Of a DNA stretch of 64,000 nucleotides, positions 52,720-64,000 are shown piece by piece. The stretch's first letter is position 1. Each line of letters begins with the position of its first letter. Source of the stretch: Dendrobates tinctorius (taxonomy: Eukaryota); assembly GCF_039654945.1 (NCBI RefSeq), contig NW_027361695.1, positions 1,736,001-1,800,000 on the forward strand, read 5' to 3'. A model generated the notes under the pieces. That model had not been told where the DNA came from, ran no database searches, and was given only the letters and a program-made list of their open reading frames with translations. Position numbers and translations under genes: made by a program.

Positions 52720-55624
52720 TTAAGATTGCAAAAGGCCTCGCGCGCCAGAGTCTTGAAACAGAACGAGAAGGGGGCTTAGAAGAGAAAAGAGGTGTGTGGC
52801 CTTGAAAGAGGAGTATGGCTTTGGAGAAAACATTTTGGCATCTTCCAAATATTGCCGCCATATAGTACACAAATATTACCACTATTATAAACTGCATTTC
52901 AACAATATTATATCACCTTATATTCTCATTTACGTTATACTAGCCATACTCCCTTTAAAAGGAGTATAGGAGGGGATCAAATAACTTTAAGGAAGTGAGA
53001 TGAATTGACAAGTCTGAAGTTTAAAGGGCTCATTTCATTGTAGTTCTATGGTCGATAATTCGTGATACCGCTTCTGTTTTGCTGATTTTTGAATTCCCCC
53101 CCCCCCATGAAACCAAATTTATTTTCGAAGATGATTGTATAGAGATGTTTCCCCCTCAAGTTCAGGTAGATGTCTAGATGCCCAGACTGATCACTGAATA
53201 TTCATCACTTGGACTAAGATCAAAGGCTGCATTTCCTTCCAACCGATGCAGCAGCAATTAAAAACAGGAGAACGAATGCCAACTGAAAATGTCTATGCTT
53301 TATAGACTTTTTTTTTTTTTGGACCTGATTCATTAAAACTGACGTTTTGTACTAAGTGTTGAAATAAGATGCACTGGGTATATTAAGAGACGTGGACCTC
53401 TTTAATTTGGCCCATCTTTCATCTTTCTTAACTGCTGCGCCTCCTCTGGCAATGTACGCCAGCCAAGGGCGGAAATTATGTTGAATCTGTAGTTAGTGCT
53501 TGCTCGCGCCCCATTGTGACCATTTTTTCTTAAATGGGTGGAGATGTAAAGAGGCCAAAAGCAGCAAAATTTTTGCGCAACTTTTAAGTTGTGCAAAAAT
53601 TTTGTGGCATCTCAGTTTTACACCAGAATTGTAGCAAAGTGTCCTTGATAAATCGGGCCCTTGATGAGAACTGATGCTTTTCGAGCAGATAGTTCCCAAA
53701 CGTATTTTTTGGTCATCTTGTGTTGCACCTCGTTAAGGCTTCCATACACATTAGGGTTCACGGCCGACGTCCATGAAACTCAGGCCGAGCATGGACAACA
53801 TTGTATGGACTGCCTGTGTGTCGCCTGACAAACTTGACTGCCCCATATATGAGGCTGTTGAGCTTGGGTTGGACAACTGACAGACAGTATGTGTTCTGCG
53901 GTGCTTGCTCAGGCCGAATCTCATGTTTTAGGGGATTGCTACAGACCCCTTTATATAAGAACGCCAAGCGCTTCTGTATTCTTTGAGAGCTGATGTTGAG
54001 TTTTTCGGGCAGCAGCTTCACCCTGCTCAGAACAAAAGTATCATCCATTGACCTTTCCCTGACCAAATATGTTGGACAAAAGAAGGATTCAGTCATAGAA
54101 GAGTTTGAAAGCTGCCTGAAAAGTGAGACTTCTGCCGGAAACCAAAATTCCCTAGGAAAGCCCACAAATTGCTCTGAAAGTTCCTGAAAATCTTCTTCAA
54201 AGTTCTTCTCAATGGAGGGGATATGGCCTGTATTAGAGACACGAGTCAATTTAGAAAAGTTGTTAGATGTTATCTGGGCAACACAGTCGATAAAGGTTGG
54301 TCCTGCTTCTCGCTTCCGAGAGGTGAGAACGGCTGGTGATATCACCACTGATACTCGATGGATCGCACAGACGATCAGCAAGTATCGTGACGTCACCTGC
54401 TACGATCATCCCTTGATTCGAAGGAGAACGAAGCAGGACTAACCCTTTATATTGGACGTTTTCTTTCAACCTGTTCAGTGGGCAGGTAGTCTTCACCGGT
54501 GACAAGACTTGTTGATACGTCTTATTAGATGGGATCTTTTCCAATCATAGACTTCTGTTTTTGGATCTTCAGAGTTTTCAGTTATGTTTTTCAACATAAC
54601 TCGCTGACTGTCCATTTTCTTTTCACACCTTGACTTGTCGTCTTCTTCTGGCATTTGTTCTCGTCTCCTGTGGGCAGGTGGTCTTCACCAGTGACAAGAA
54701 CTGTTGATACGTCTTGAAAGATTTCCAATCATAGATTTCTGTTTAGGGTCTTCAGACTGTTCAGTTGCTTTTTTCATTGTATCTTTCCATCTCGTTGGCC
54801 ATCCGGAGAATCTTACGGGTCTTCGTAGATTTTTTTTTTTTTTTTCCCAATTCTTTCCTTTTGGGTTGAGGGACTAAATTGGATCTTGTTGCGAAACCAG
54901 GACCTCCACCTTCACAAGACTGATTGGGCCGGGGCAACATCGCCGTTTGAGAGTGCCCTAGTTTTCCCGTCTAAAAATAAATCGGGAGCCCTGCTTTTTC
55001 TTTACACTCGGATAGGCTCCTGTAAGCGTTGAGGATTACAGCGCGGAGCCTTCGTCGGTAGACTATTTCTGGAGGGGCGGATGCTACACGCAAACTGCAG
55101 AGGTTTCTAACAAGTGTCAGAGGTGTTCTCATGGGTGGGAGGATAAGGGGGGATCTCTACGAACACTTATGAGCTGCTGCTGTTCTCATGGTTACCCGTG
55201 AGATGTTATTTAAAAAAAAAAAAAAAGTTGATTAAATGTGTTCGGGAAAAAAAAACCTTCCTGATACTTCAAGCTATTAATGGAGACTGGAAATCGAGCC
55301 AAGTGATCTGATTCCTCCAGATTTGTGTCTTCTCGTAACGTTGAGCCGTATAATAACAAATCTTATGTTGCGGTTGGAATTTTTGATTTTGCAAATTTTG
55401 AATTACTGGAATTCTTGAGGATTGAGCGAAACTTCATCTCATTGGTCAAGAAGGGTTTTGGAAGTGATGCAAACTGTTAGTTTCCGCTCCTGGTGCATAA
55501 CCAATCGTGCAACGTCCAACCACGGGTTCTATGTGATATCCCATCCTCGCACCAAGACACAACCCATGGATTGTGGTGGTGCTTTTTTTTGGAGAGCAGC
55601 CATGTTCCTGGCCAACCTATTTAA

Positions 55625-55865
55625 AGGGTTACTTCCAACACTACTCGTCATTTCCCATCCACTTAATGCTTGATCATGGAGGAAGTCCGACTGCCGGGAC
55701 CTCCACCAATTCTGAGAAAGGAACAATGAAAGGAGCAGGGGTGCGTTCCATCAGCTGGGGCTGTCGGAGATAGGTGGAGGTCCCAGCAATCCGATCCTTC
55801 TCTGATCAGTAAGTGATGACCTATCCTGGTGTTTTGGTGATAACTTGCAATGTTATAATAACCCT
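55625..55865. mobile_element. Older TTAA/Kolobok-like MITE
   Basis: TTAAAGGGTTA...TAACCCTTTAG, with inverted internal arms (gggacctccacc / ggtggaggtccc). Confidence 0.65.
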
Positions 55866-57439
55866 TTAGAGGAGTATTCCCAAAACAACAGGTCATCCAG
55901 TGTTCGACCACTTTGCCCCAAGTGATCCTGAGAAGGGCACTCTGGAATTTGAGAACTGTGCGCTGCAGAGCCCTGTCTGGAATGTCGTTGCTCGATTTCT
56001 GTCTAGTCATTGTCTATGGGACTGGTGGAAAGAGAATAGATGGATTGGAGGTTGGACATCCACATCTCCTCACCATGCTAGATGGGGCAGAGCCTTTCTC
56101 AGAACTGCTGGGGGTCCCAGCAGTTTGACCCCCCCGTATGACCAGCAACTCATCTTGTATCCTATGAATAGGGAATCTCTGTTTAAGTCTCTGGATCCCT
56201 ACAAATATAAAAAGAGGTATATTATGGCCAATGCTCTAGAATTACGAGAATGACTCAGCAGGTGCACCCACCTCTACTTTTTTTTTTTTATTAAGAAAAT
56301 GGGTTAAAAAAAATCTCCTTCCGTCTCAGTTTCCCCTTTTTTTCTTTTTCTCAAGCAATGTGTTTTTTTTGTGCAACCTTCCAATACTCCCTTCTCAGAC
56401 TTCCCCATAAATATTAACTTTTAGCTGTGTATGACATTCGGGACGGCAGAAAAGCTGCTGCCAGAGACATCTGGTTTCACTTATCTTTTTGGGTAAATGA
56501 AGGTTTAGATGAGCGAAAATGCCGCTTCTTCCACCATTTGTGATGGGATTAATCTACGGTAATTTTTTTTTTTTTTAGCTTACTACCTAATGCTTGTAGG
56601 GGTGTTTAAAAAAAAAAAAAAAAAAAAAAATATGGGCATGTTGGGTTTCAGCTTGCCCGCAGTCTTTTACCACTGGAGATAACTCCACCAGCAGAGGAGT
56701 CGGGCAGCTGTTTATCTCCCCCTCCCCATTGGAGTCAGATCCACTCATCAGGAATCGGGAAGAATAGCTGTCAGCCGAATGTACGTTTGGCCAAAACTAT
56801 ATGAAAGCATGCTGGGAGTTGTAGTCGCGAACAGCTTACAGTGCTTTGTCTGATACATGTATAGCTATACAAAGTATTTTCTGTCCTTGTCGGAAAAGTC
56901 GCGTCAGTGACTCTGTAATTGGCCGGCTTCATATCGGGGATTAGTCCATTGTCCTGTGTAAACCTGCTCGGCTTGTTTTCTACGTGGTTTTAACTATTCG
57001 TAAGAGAGAGGATTTTTTTAAGTCTTCTACAACATGATTCGTGTTACCTCCCTGTAATTCCAGCAGTATATTTTTCCACATTTTCCATAAACTTCAGCAA
57101 ATATACTTTTTTTTTTTATTATCTTCTAATCCACATTTTTGGGCTTATTTAATGTCCTTTTTTTAATTCCATCAGCCATTGCTCTGTATTTCTAATCTAT
57201 CCTATTCCTAGATGTAGAGTTGAATGATAAATATCTGTCTATCTGCAGCCGCCACTAGACAGTTTGCAGTGAGCTCCCTCTAGTGGCGATTGCAGGCAGA
57301 CAAAATTTACTTATGAAACTGGTTTTATGGAGATGTTTTTGAAGCTCAGTATAAGAAACTGAAAACCTAATTATTATAAAGATAAAGAATGGTGTTCTTT
57401 AACTTGGAATAGTGATTAAAGTTGAAAAATTATTATAAA

Positions 57440-57787
57440 TCGGTCCTGTCACTACCCTTGCATATGTAATTATTATTATTTTTGCCTGGTGTAAATGCCG
57501 CTGTTCTCCTGAATCCGATGATACTTTAGTTCCTGCACCTCTCTGTCCCTGAGATATGGCCTCCTCTTCCCTATGGTCATTTTAGACAAGTGGGTGTGGT
57601 CTTCAAGGCGACACCCACAGAGAACCATTCAAGATCTCACCCAATTAGCAGAAAAAAAAAATAGTAACCTACAGGAAAGAAGGGGCCATATCTCAGGAAT
57701 GGAGAGGAGCAGGAACAAAAGAAAAACATTGTCGTTACACCAGGTAAAATAAGTTGCATATTTATGACAAGTGACGGTCTCCTTTAT
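57440..57787. mobile_element. Palindromic MITE remnant
   Basis: cctggtgtaa / ttacaccagg and cctgagatatggcc / ggccatatctcagg are inverted pairs. Confidence 0.65.
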
Positions 57788-58244
57788 ATTAGGAAAAATA
57801 AAATATATCTCTATATATAAAATTGAATGTGTATCATCAACCAATCACGAAGCATCTTTCATTTCACCAGAGCTGTTTAAAAGAAGCTGAGCTGTGATTG
57901 GTTGCTATGACCAACAGTTTTCTCTGACTGCATGACAACACCTCAGCAGACACTGACATGGTGGGAGAAATCTAGCATCCCCGGGAACATAAGCTCCAGC
58001 CATCGTCTGCCCCCCAGAAAGGAGCAGAGAGCACAGGACAGAAATGAATCCCCGCCCCCCCGCCCATATCCCCATCACACATCCCTCCATCCTATAGGCA
58101 CATCTTCCCTCTTCAAGGGATCATTGGTAAGGAAGTCATGGCAAATCCATCCAGTGCTTTGGTTTTGACCCCAGACATCTCTTAAAGGGATCCCCGGTAT
58201 GGAAGTTAGGACTGTTCCACTCAGCGCTCTGGTTCTGACTCCAG

Positions 58245-59468
58245 GCTGATGGGATGATGTGGGATATTAGGGGTAGTAGTCCGGTGGCTCTGGCTGACGG
58301 GATGATGTGGGATATTAGGGGTAGTAGTCCGGTGGCTCTGGCTGACGGGATGATGTGGGATATTAGGGGTAGTAGTCCGGTGGCTCTGGCTGACGGGATG
58401 ATGTGGGATATTAGGGGTAGTAGTCCGGTGGCTCTGGCTGATGGGATGATGTGGGATATTAGGGGTAGTAGTCCGGTGGCTCTGGCTGAAGGGATGATGT
58501 GGGATATTAGGGGTAGTAGTCCGGTGGCTCTGGCTGACGGGATGATGTGGGATATTAGGGGTAGTAGTCCGGTGGCTCTGGCTGACGGGATGATGAGGGA
58601 TATTAGGGGTAGTAGTCCGGTGGCTCTGGCTGACGGGATGATGTGGGATATTAGGGGTAGTAGTCTGGTGGCTCTGGCTGATGGGATGATGTGGGATATT
58701 AGGGGTAGTAGTCCGGTGGCTCTGGCTGACGGGATGATGTGGGATATTAGGGGGAGTAGTCCGGTGGCTCTGGCTGACGGGATGATGTGGGATATTAGGG
58801 GGAGTAGTCCGGTGGCTCTGGCTGACGGGATGATGTGGGATATTAGGGGTAGTAGTCCGGTGGCTCTGGCTGACGGGATGATGTGGGATATTAGGGGTAG
58901 TAGTCCGGTGGCTCTGGCTGACGGGATGATGTGGGATATTAGGGGTAGTAGTCCGGTGGCTCTGGCTGACGGGATGATGTGGGATATTAGGGGGAGTAGT
59001 CCGGTGGCTCTGGCTGACGGGATGATGTGGGATATTAGGGGGAGTAGTCCGGTGGCTCTGGCTGACGGGATGATGTGGGATATTAGGGGGAGTAGTCTGG
59101 TGGCTCTGGCTGACGGGATGATGTGGGATATTAGGGGTAGTAGTTCGGTGGCTCTGGCTGACGGGATGATGTGGGATATTAGGGGGAGTAGTCCGGTGGC
59201 TCTGGCTGACGGGATGATGTGGGATATTAGGGGGAGTAGTCCGGTGGCTCTGGCTGACGGGATGATGTGGGATATTAGGGGGAGTAGTCTGGTGGCTCTG
59301 GCTGACGGGATGATGTGGGATATTAGGGGGAGTAGTCCGGTGGCTCTGGCTGACGGGATGATGTGGGATATTAGGGGGAGTAGTCCGGTGGCTCTGGCTG
59401 ACGGGATGATGTGGGATATTAGTGGTAGTAGTCTGGTGTTTCTGGCTGACGGGATGATGTGGGATATT
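58245..59468. repeat. 48-bp G-rich minisatellite, ~25 copies
   Basis: Unit CTGACGGGATGATGTGGGATATTAGGGGTAGTAGTCCGGTGGCTCTGG. Confidence 0.98.
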
Positions 59469-59502
59469 ATAGTGAATGTGGCTATGCGGAGTGGGCGGGG
59501 CT

Positions 59503-59505
<3 letters not shown>

Positions 59506-59551
<46 letters not shown>
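59506..59551. repeat. (GT)n(AT)n microsatellite
   Basis: Seen directly. Confidence 0.95.
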
Positions 59552-59553
<2 letters not shown>

Positions 59554-59595
59554 AATCGTTATAATTTGCTATAACTAACCGTAGTTAGTTACTAT

Positions 59596-59624
59596 GCCCG
59601 GGCAGTGCCGGGCTCTTCAGCTAG
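59596..59624 (+). mobile_element. Helitron-like 3' terminus
   Basis: GC hairpin GCCCGG-gcagtg-CCGGGC, a 7-nt spacer, then CTAG|T. Confidence 0.6.
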
Positions 59625-60256
59625 TTATATTTATTTTTTGTGCTTGAATGGATGGGATGTATCCGTAACAATTCTAATTTTTGGGGTTTTCGTCATGGTC
59701 GGGCTTACATTTTTATATTTTTTTTCTGATCAGTACCCAACTGTTAATGCAGCGTCTGTCTGTTTGCAGCCTTCGGATATACTAAAGATAAAGTGTTTGT
59801 GTTACAGAGGTGTCAGGGTGTCTGTAATGTTCCGCCATCTTCTAGAACGTGTGACTTTTATTTAATCGGCTATGAGTAATTAATTGAAATAATTGATTTC
59901 TCATTTAGTACAAATTTTGCAGCCTAGTTGGCAAATCATTGTCATGGGCCAAGATGGGCCCCCATAGTGCTGCCAGAACTAGCTTGGATGTTTGGGAGGT
60001 GGTGCCGTGCGCTGGGAGCCCCCATTCCGGTTGTCCAGTTTACCTTTTGTGATCAGATTATTATTTATTTATTTTTTTTGCATACATGTCTTTTTGTATT
60101 AAGCAAAAACCTTCATTACAGCCGATGGCTGGGCTCGGGCAGGAGTTATTGGGCGATGGTTTATTTATTTCATAACCTTTTCTCCTTCCGCTATTTGCTT
60201 ATCTAACGTTCCGTTCTTTTCATGGATGTTTCGGTTTTTTTTTTTTCCCTCTTTAG

Positions 60257-60394
<138 letters not shown>

Positions 60395-61116
60395 TGAGTA
60401 TCTCTGGGGATTGGACACAATCGTTATCCAGATTTATATTTTACAGATCTGTGTTTTAAAGGGAACTCTCACTTTTTTAGCTCACTCATTGCTGGTTGGA
60501 AGGGCATCTACGTGAAAATTATTATTATATTATATTTATTATGAAAGTATAATAATGATTATTAGCATTATTTTTTTTGTTTATTGCCATTATATAATGA
60601 AAATATAATAAATTAAAATATAATCTAATGATTTATTATAGTTAAATTATTTTTTTTATTTTCATCGTTGTTATAATTTTATTTATTTTTTTTTTTTACA
60701 TGTTCGCCGCAGTTTGATATCTTGTCAATATTGAAAATCCTTACCGTTGTCAGATCTCTGCTTTTTGTCAATGAACGGTTACCTGAAATGATTGAGATGA
60801 GCGAATTCGGTCCCAATTAAAAGTGCTGTGACGGGGGGGGATAAAAAAGCCAAAAACCTTCTATAATTAACCTTTCCTCAACTATTGTGCTGTATCTGCT
60901 GCAGCTCTGATGCATCGGTCTTATTTTGTTTGACTCGTCGCTCCATTCAGACGCTGAGGCTGGTAGCTGGCCTCCGGACGTCGTTCCATGGAGGGTGAAA
61001 ATGCACGTCATGACGTTTGTCCAGCCTACTATGTGACAACGTGATGTCAGTCACAAGTCTCATCGCCAGACTAGAGTGATGGATTATGGGAAAAAAAGAC
61101 CTGTCTTGGATGAACT

Positions 61117-61152
61117 GACATATTTCGCTGGTAGAACCAGCTTCTTCAGGGG
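61117..61152 (-). ncRNA. Degenerate hammerhead core (minus strand)
   Basis: CCC-CUGAAGA-A-GCUGGU(UCU)ACCAGC-GAAAUAUGUC. Stem II is perfect but the stem I partner is missing. Confidence 0.55.
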
Positions 61153-61185
61153 AAATGGGGCAAATGTCCTTCAGTTGCTGCATTA

Positions 61186-61221
61186 CCCCTGATGAAGCTG
61201 ATTCTACCGGCGAAACATGTC
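61186..61221 (+). ncRNA. Degenerate hammerhead core (plus strand)
   Basis: CCC-CUGAUGA-A-GCUGAU(UCU)ACCGGC-GAAACAUGUC, with palindrome ACAUGU and triplet GUC. Stem II is imperfect and stem I is not formed. Confidence 0.55.
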
Positions 61222-61327
61222 AAGAAATGGGAGGGGGAAAGAATTGATATTTTAATAGCAGAGTTCATGACTTCTAATAATGATTAGAGCGCTTATGGTG
61301 TTTAGCCATCTGTAAGTGCCTGCATAG

Positions 61328-61490
61328 AAGTCCACGTTCATACATTCAGTATTTGTAAGTCAAAACCAGGAGTGAAGCAATCAGAGGAAAAGTATAATAG
61401 AAACCCGTCACCACTTCTGCATTTTTCACCCACTCTTGGTTTTGGCTTACAAATACTGATGTGAAATACTGAACGTGTGAATGTGGCGTA
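61328..61490. mobile_element. Small palindromic MITE (Harbinger-like)
   Basis: cagtatttgtaagtcaaaaccaggagtg / cactcttggttttggcttacaaatactg are inverted. Confidence 0.7.
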
Positions 61491-61674
61491 AAGCTGAGGA
61501 TTATAATGTAAATGGTTAGATGGCGTCCAATTGATGATCTTACTATAAAGGACTTTGTGCGAGATGCTTGAATGTTACAGATGACGAGCTGATTAATTAA
61601 ACAGGTGCATTAAAAATTGTGTTTTTTGAGCACGCGCGTGCAGTTGTGATGCGGACAGTAACTGATGCTCATAT

Positions 61675-62680
61675 GTCATACTATCCTTACTGAAAAAAAA
61701 ATGACCAAGTATGGGATTGACAAGGCTGCGGTTAGGTGGATTCATACCTGGCTCAGTGATCTTACTCAGAGTGATGATAAATGGCTGCACATCCAATTGG
61801 AAGAGTGTTTCAAGTGGGGACCACAAGGCTCTGTCCTGGCCCCAGTGTTCAACATTTTATAAAAATGATCTAGATAAGGGATCTGAAGGTAAACTAACCA
61901 AATTTGCAGACGATTCAAAGCTAGGAGGGATAGCTAACACTAGAAAAGGCAAAGGATTCAGAAGGATATAGATAAGCTTGAACAATGGGCAGCGACTAAT
62001 AGAATGGTATTTAACAGGGAGAAATGCAAGGTTTTACATTTATAGAATAGGAGGAATAGAACTAAGCAACATCATGTGTGAAAAAGACTTGGGTATACTA
62101 ATAGATCACAGACTGCACAGGAGTCAACAGGGTGATGCAGCAGCAAAAAAAGGCAAATGCGGTTATAGGATGTATTAAGAGAATCAGAGTCTAGATCACG
62201 TGAAGTAATTATTGCCCTCTACTCCTCTTTGGTCAGACCTCATCTGGATATTGTGTCCAGTTTTGGGCACCACATTTTAAAAAAGACATCAACAAACTGG
62301 AGCAAGTTCAGAGAAGAGCGACCAGAATGGTGAGCTGACTGCAAAGTACATCCTACGAGGAACAGTTACAGGATTTGGGAATGTTTAGCTTGTGAAAAAA
62401 GACTGAGAGGAGACTTAATAGCTGTCTACAAATATCTGAAGGGCTGTCACATTGTAGAAGGATCATCATTATTCTCTTTTGCACAAGGAAACATGAAAAA
62501 CAACGGAATAAAAGTGAAAGGGAGAAGATACAGATTAGATATTGGATAAACTTGTTGACATTGGTGCTCAATGGAAGTCTTCAAACAGAGGCTGGACAGA
62601 CATCTGTATGGGATGATTTGGTGAATCCTGCATTGAGCCGGGAGTTGGACACGATGATGCCGAAGGTCTCAGTGATCCCG
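61675..62680 (+). mobile_element. CR1 LINE 3' fragment (decayed reverse transcriptase)
   Basis: Frameshifted [101 protein letters not shown]. Confidence 0.93.
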
Positions 62681-63051
62681 GTGTGCTTGCCTAAGTAAGC
62701 GATAGCAATTTTGAAAAAAAAAAAAAAATGTAATTTCCTTTTTTTTTTTTTTGTTTCTTTTATAAAAAACAAACATTTGCTGCCAATAAAACTAGCAGTA
62801 CTATTTTTGTTTTGTTTTTTTGTTAATTGCCTTTTTTGGCATTTTTTTTTTCCATATTTTCCCCTTTAAGAATTAAAAAAAAAAAAAAAAAAGCGCGCGC
62901 ACACACAGAGGTGGGGAATTACCAGTCGTATGCAGTATAATAAACAGCAAAAACTTAGACTCCACAGTCTGGAAATGCAGTTATTCACTTTTGTCTGGCT
63001 TTACACCACAACTTGATTGGCTTAATGTTAAGTCAATGGAGACATCATTAT

Positions 63052-63368
63052 TAGTGCTGAGCGAACGTGCTGGGATAAGGTGTTATCTGAGCATGCTCTG
63101 GTGCTAACAGTGTGTCTTTCTTCGGCGCGCTTGAAAAATATGTTCGAGTCCCCGCGGCTGCATTTCTCTTGACTATTTGACAGTCACAACACTTGCTTAG
63201 GATTGTCTGTTTGTTAGGTAATCCCTGCATGTATTTCGGCTGTCGGACAGCCAAGAGACATGCAGCCACGGGGACTCTTAACATATTTTCCAAGCACGCC
63301 GAAGACCCTCGGTTAGCACCTGAGCATGCTCAGATAACACCTTATCCCAGGACATTTGCTCATCACTA
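63052..63368. mobile_element. Palindromic hAT-like MITE
   Basis: TAGTGCTGAGCGAACGTGCTGGGATAAGGTGTTATCTGAGCATGCTC, inverted at the right end and finishing CTCATCACTA. No clear TSD. Confidence 0.8.
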
Positions 63369-64000
63369 CTAATTTATTCTTTGAACTTTGTGCACAAAAA
63401 AAAGACTAACTTCTTGGTTCATTTTTGATCAGAGTAGTAAGTTGTAAAAGTCTACACACCCTATATGAATTGCCTTGTCAATTTTAGATATGGGGTCTTT
63501 GCCCGTTGCCTGCCTGCTGTGTTTTTCCATTCATAAGGAAATCACTGGATTGTATGTACGTGTTTTTTTTTATACCACATGGAAAACCTCATAATTCAGA
63601 GCCTCTAATATCAGGGTGAGAGGATCTTAAGAGCTTCATCCGCTTATTGCTGCAAAGAACCTGTGAACTCCTGTTATCTGAGACACAAACGCTGTGTAAT
63701 CTGCGGCCGCCGCTTCCCGTCTGATCTGCCTCTGTGATGTGTGTAAACCGTGCGCTGTCCTCTGTAACCTCGGCCGCAGGAGGCGCGTTTTATCTCTTCG
63801 CCTATATTTACACCGCCGCCAAATGTATTGGGGGTAAACTTAAAAAAAAAAAAAAAAAAATCTTTCAAATAGTTCATAAGTAACTTTTAAATTTAAGTGT
63901 TTCCCATCAATGATGGCAGATAGTGCAAGAAGGAGGGGACCTTAGGGAGGTAAATACATGACCTGTGGGTGCAGCACGGAGCCCCGATGCGCGTTTCATG

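Noticed and set aside
58254-59552. 432-aa ORF (MMWDIRGSSPVALADG)n
   Set aside because: A 48-bp array running into a microsatellite, with no evidence of an exon.

Overview
Vertebrate genomic DNA, most likely from a frog (inferred from its TTAA-flanked MITEs, satellite types and protein sequences). It carries the conserved ARPC4(-) / TADA3(+) / CAMK1(+) block: ARPC4 coding exons 1-2 (exon 1 contributes only the ATG), the complete 8-exon TADA3 CDS (431 aa, splice phases checked by hand), and the likely promoter/exon 1 plus first coding exon of CAMK1. About one third of the window is minisatellite arrays (at least 12 unrelated units of 22-86 bp), and these produce almost all of the long ORFs in the track, which I reject as genes. 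The rest holds many palindromic MITEs, a Tc1 end, L1 and CR1 fragments, a probable solo LTR and a Helitron-like 3' end. The most notable signal outside the genes is a set of minimal type-I hammerhead-ribozyme cores at ~24.65, ~46.4 and ~61.15 kb, and possibly at the right edge. Each follows CUGANGA-A-stem II-GAAAC-palindrome-UH, and the first three sit inside inverted repeats, a layout expected of Penelope-like/retrozyme-type elements. Gene and family names come from recognising sequences by eye; no database search was run.
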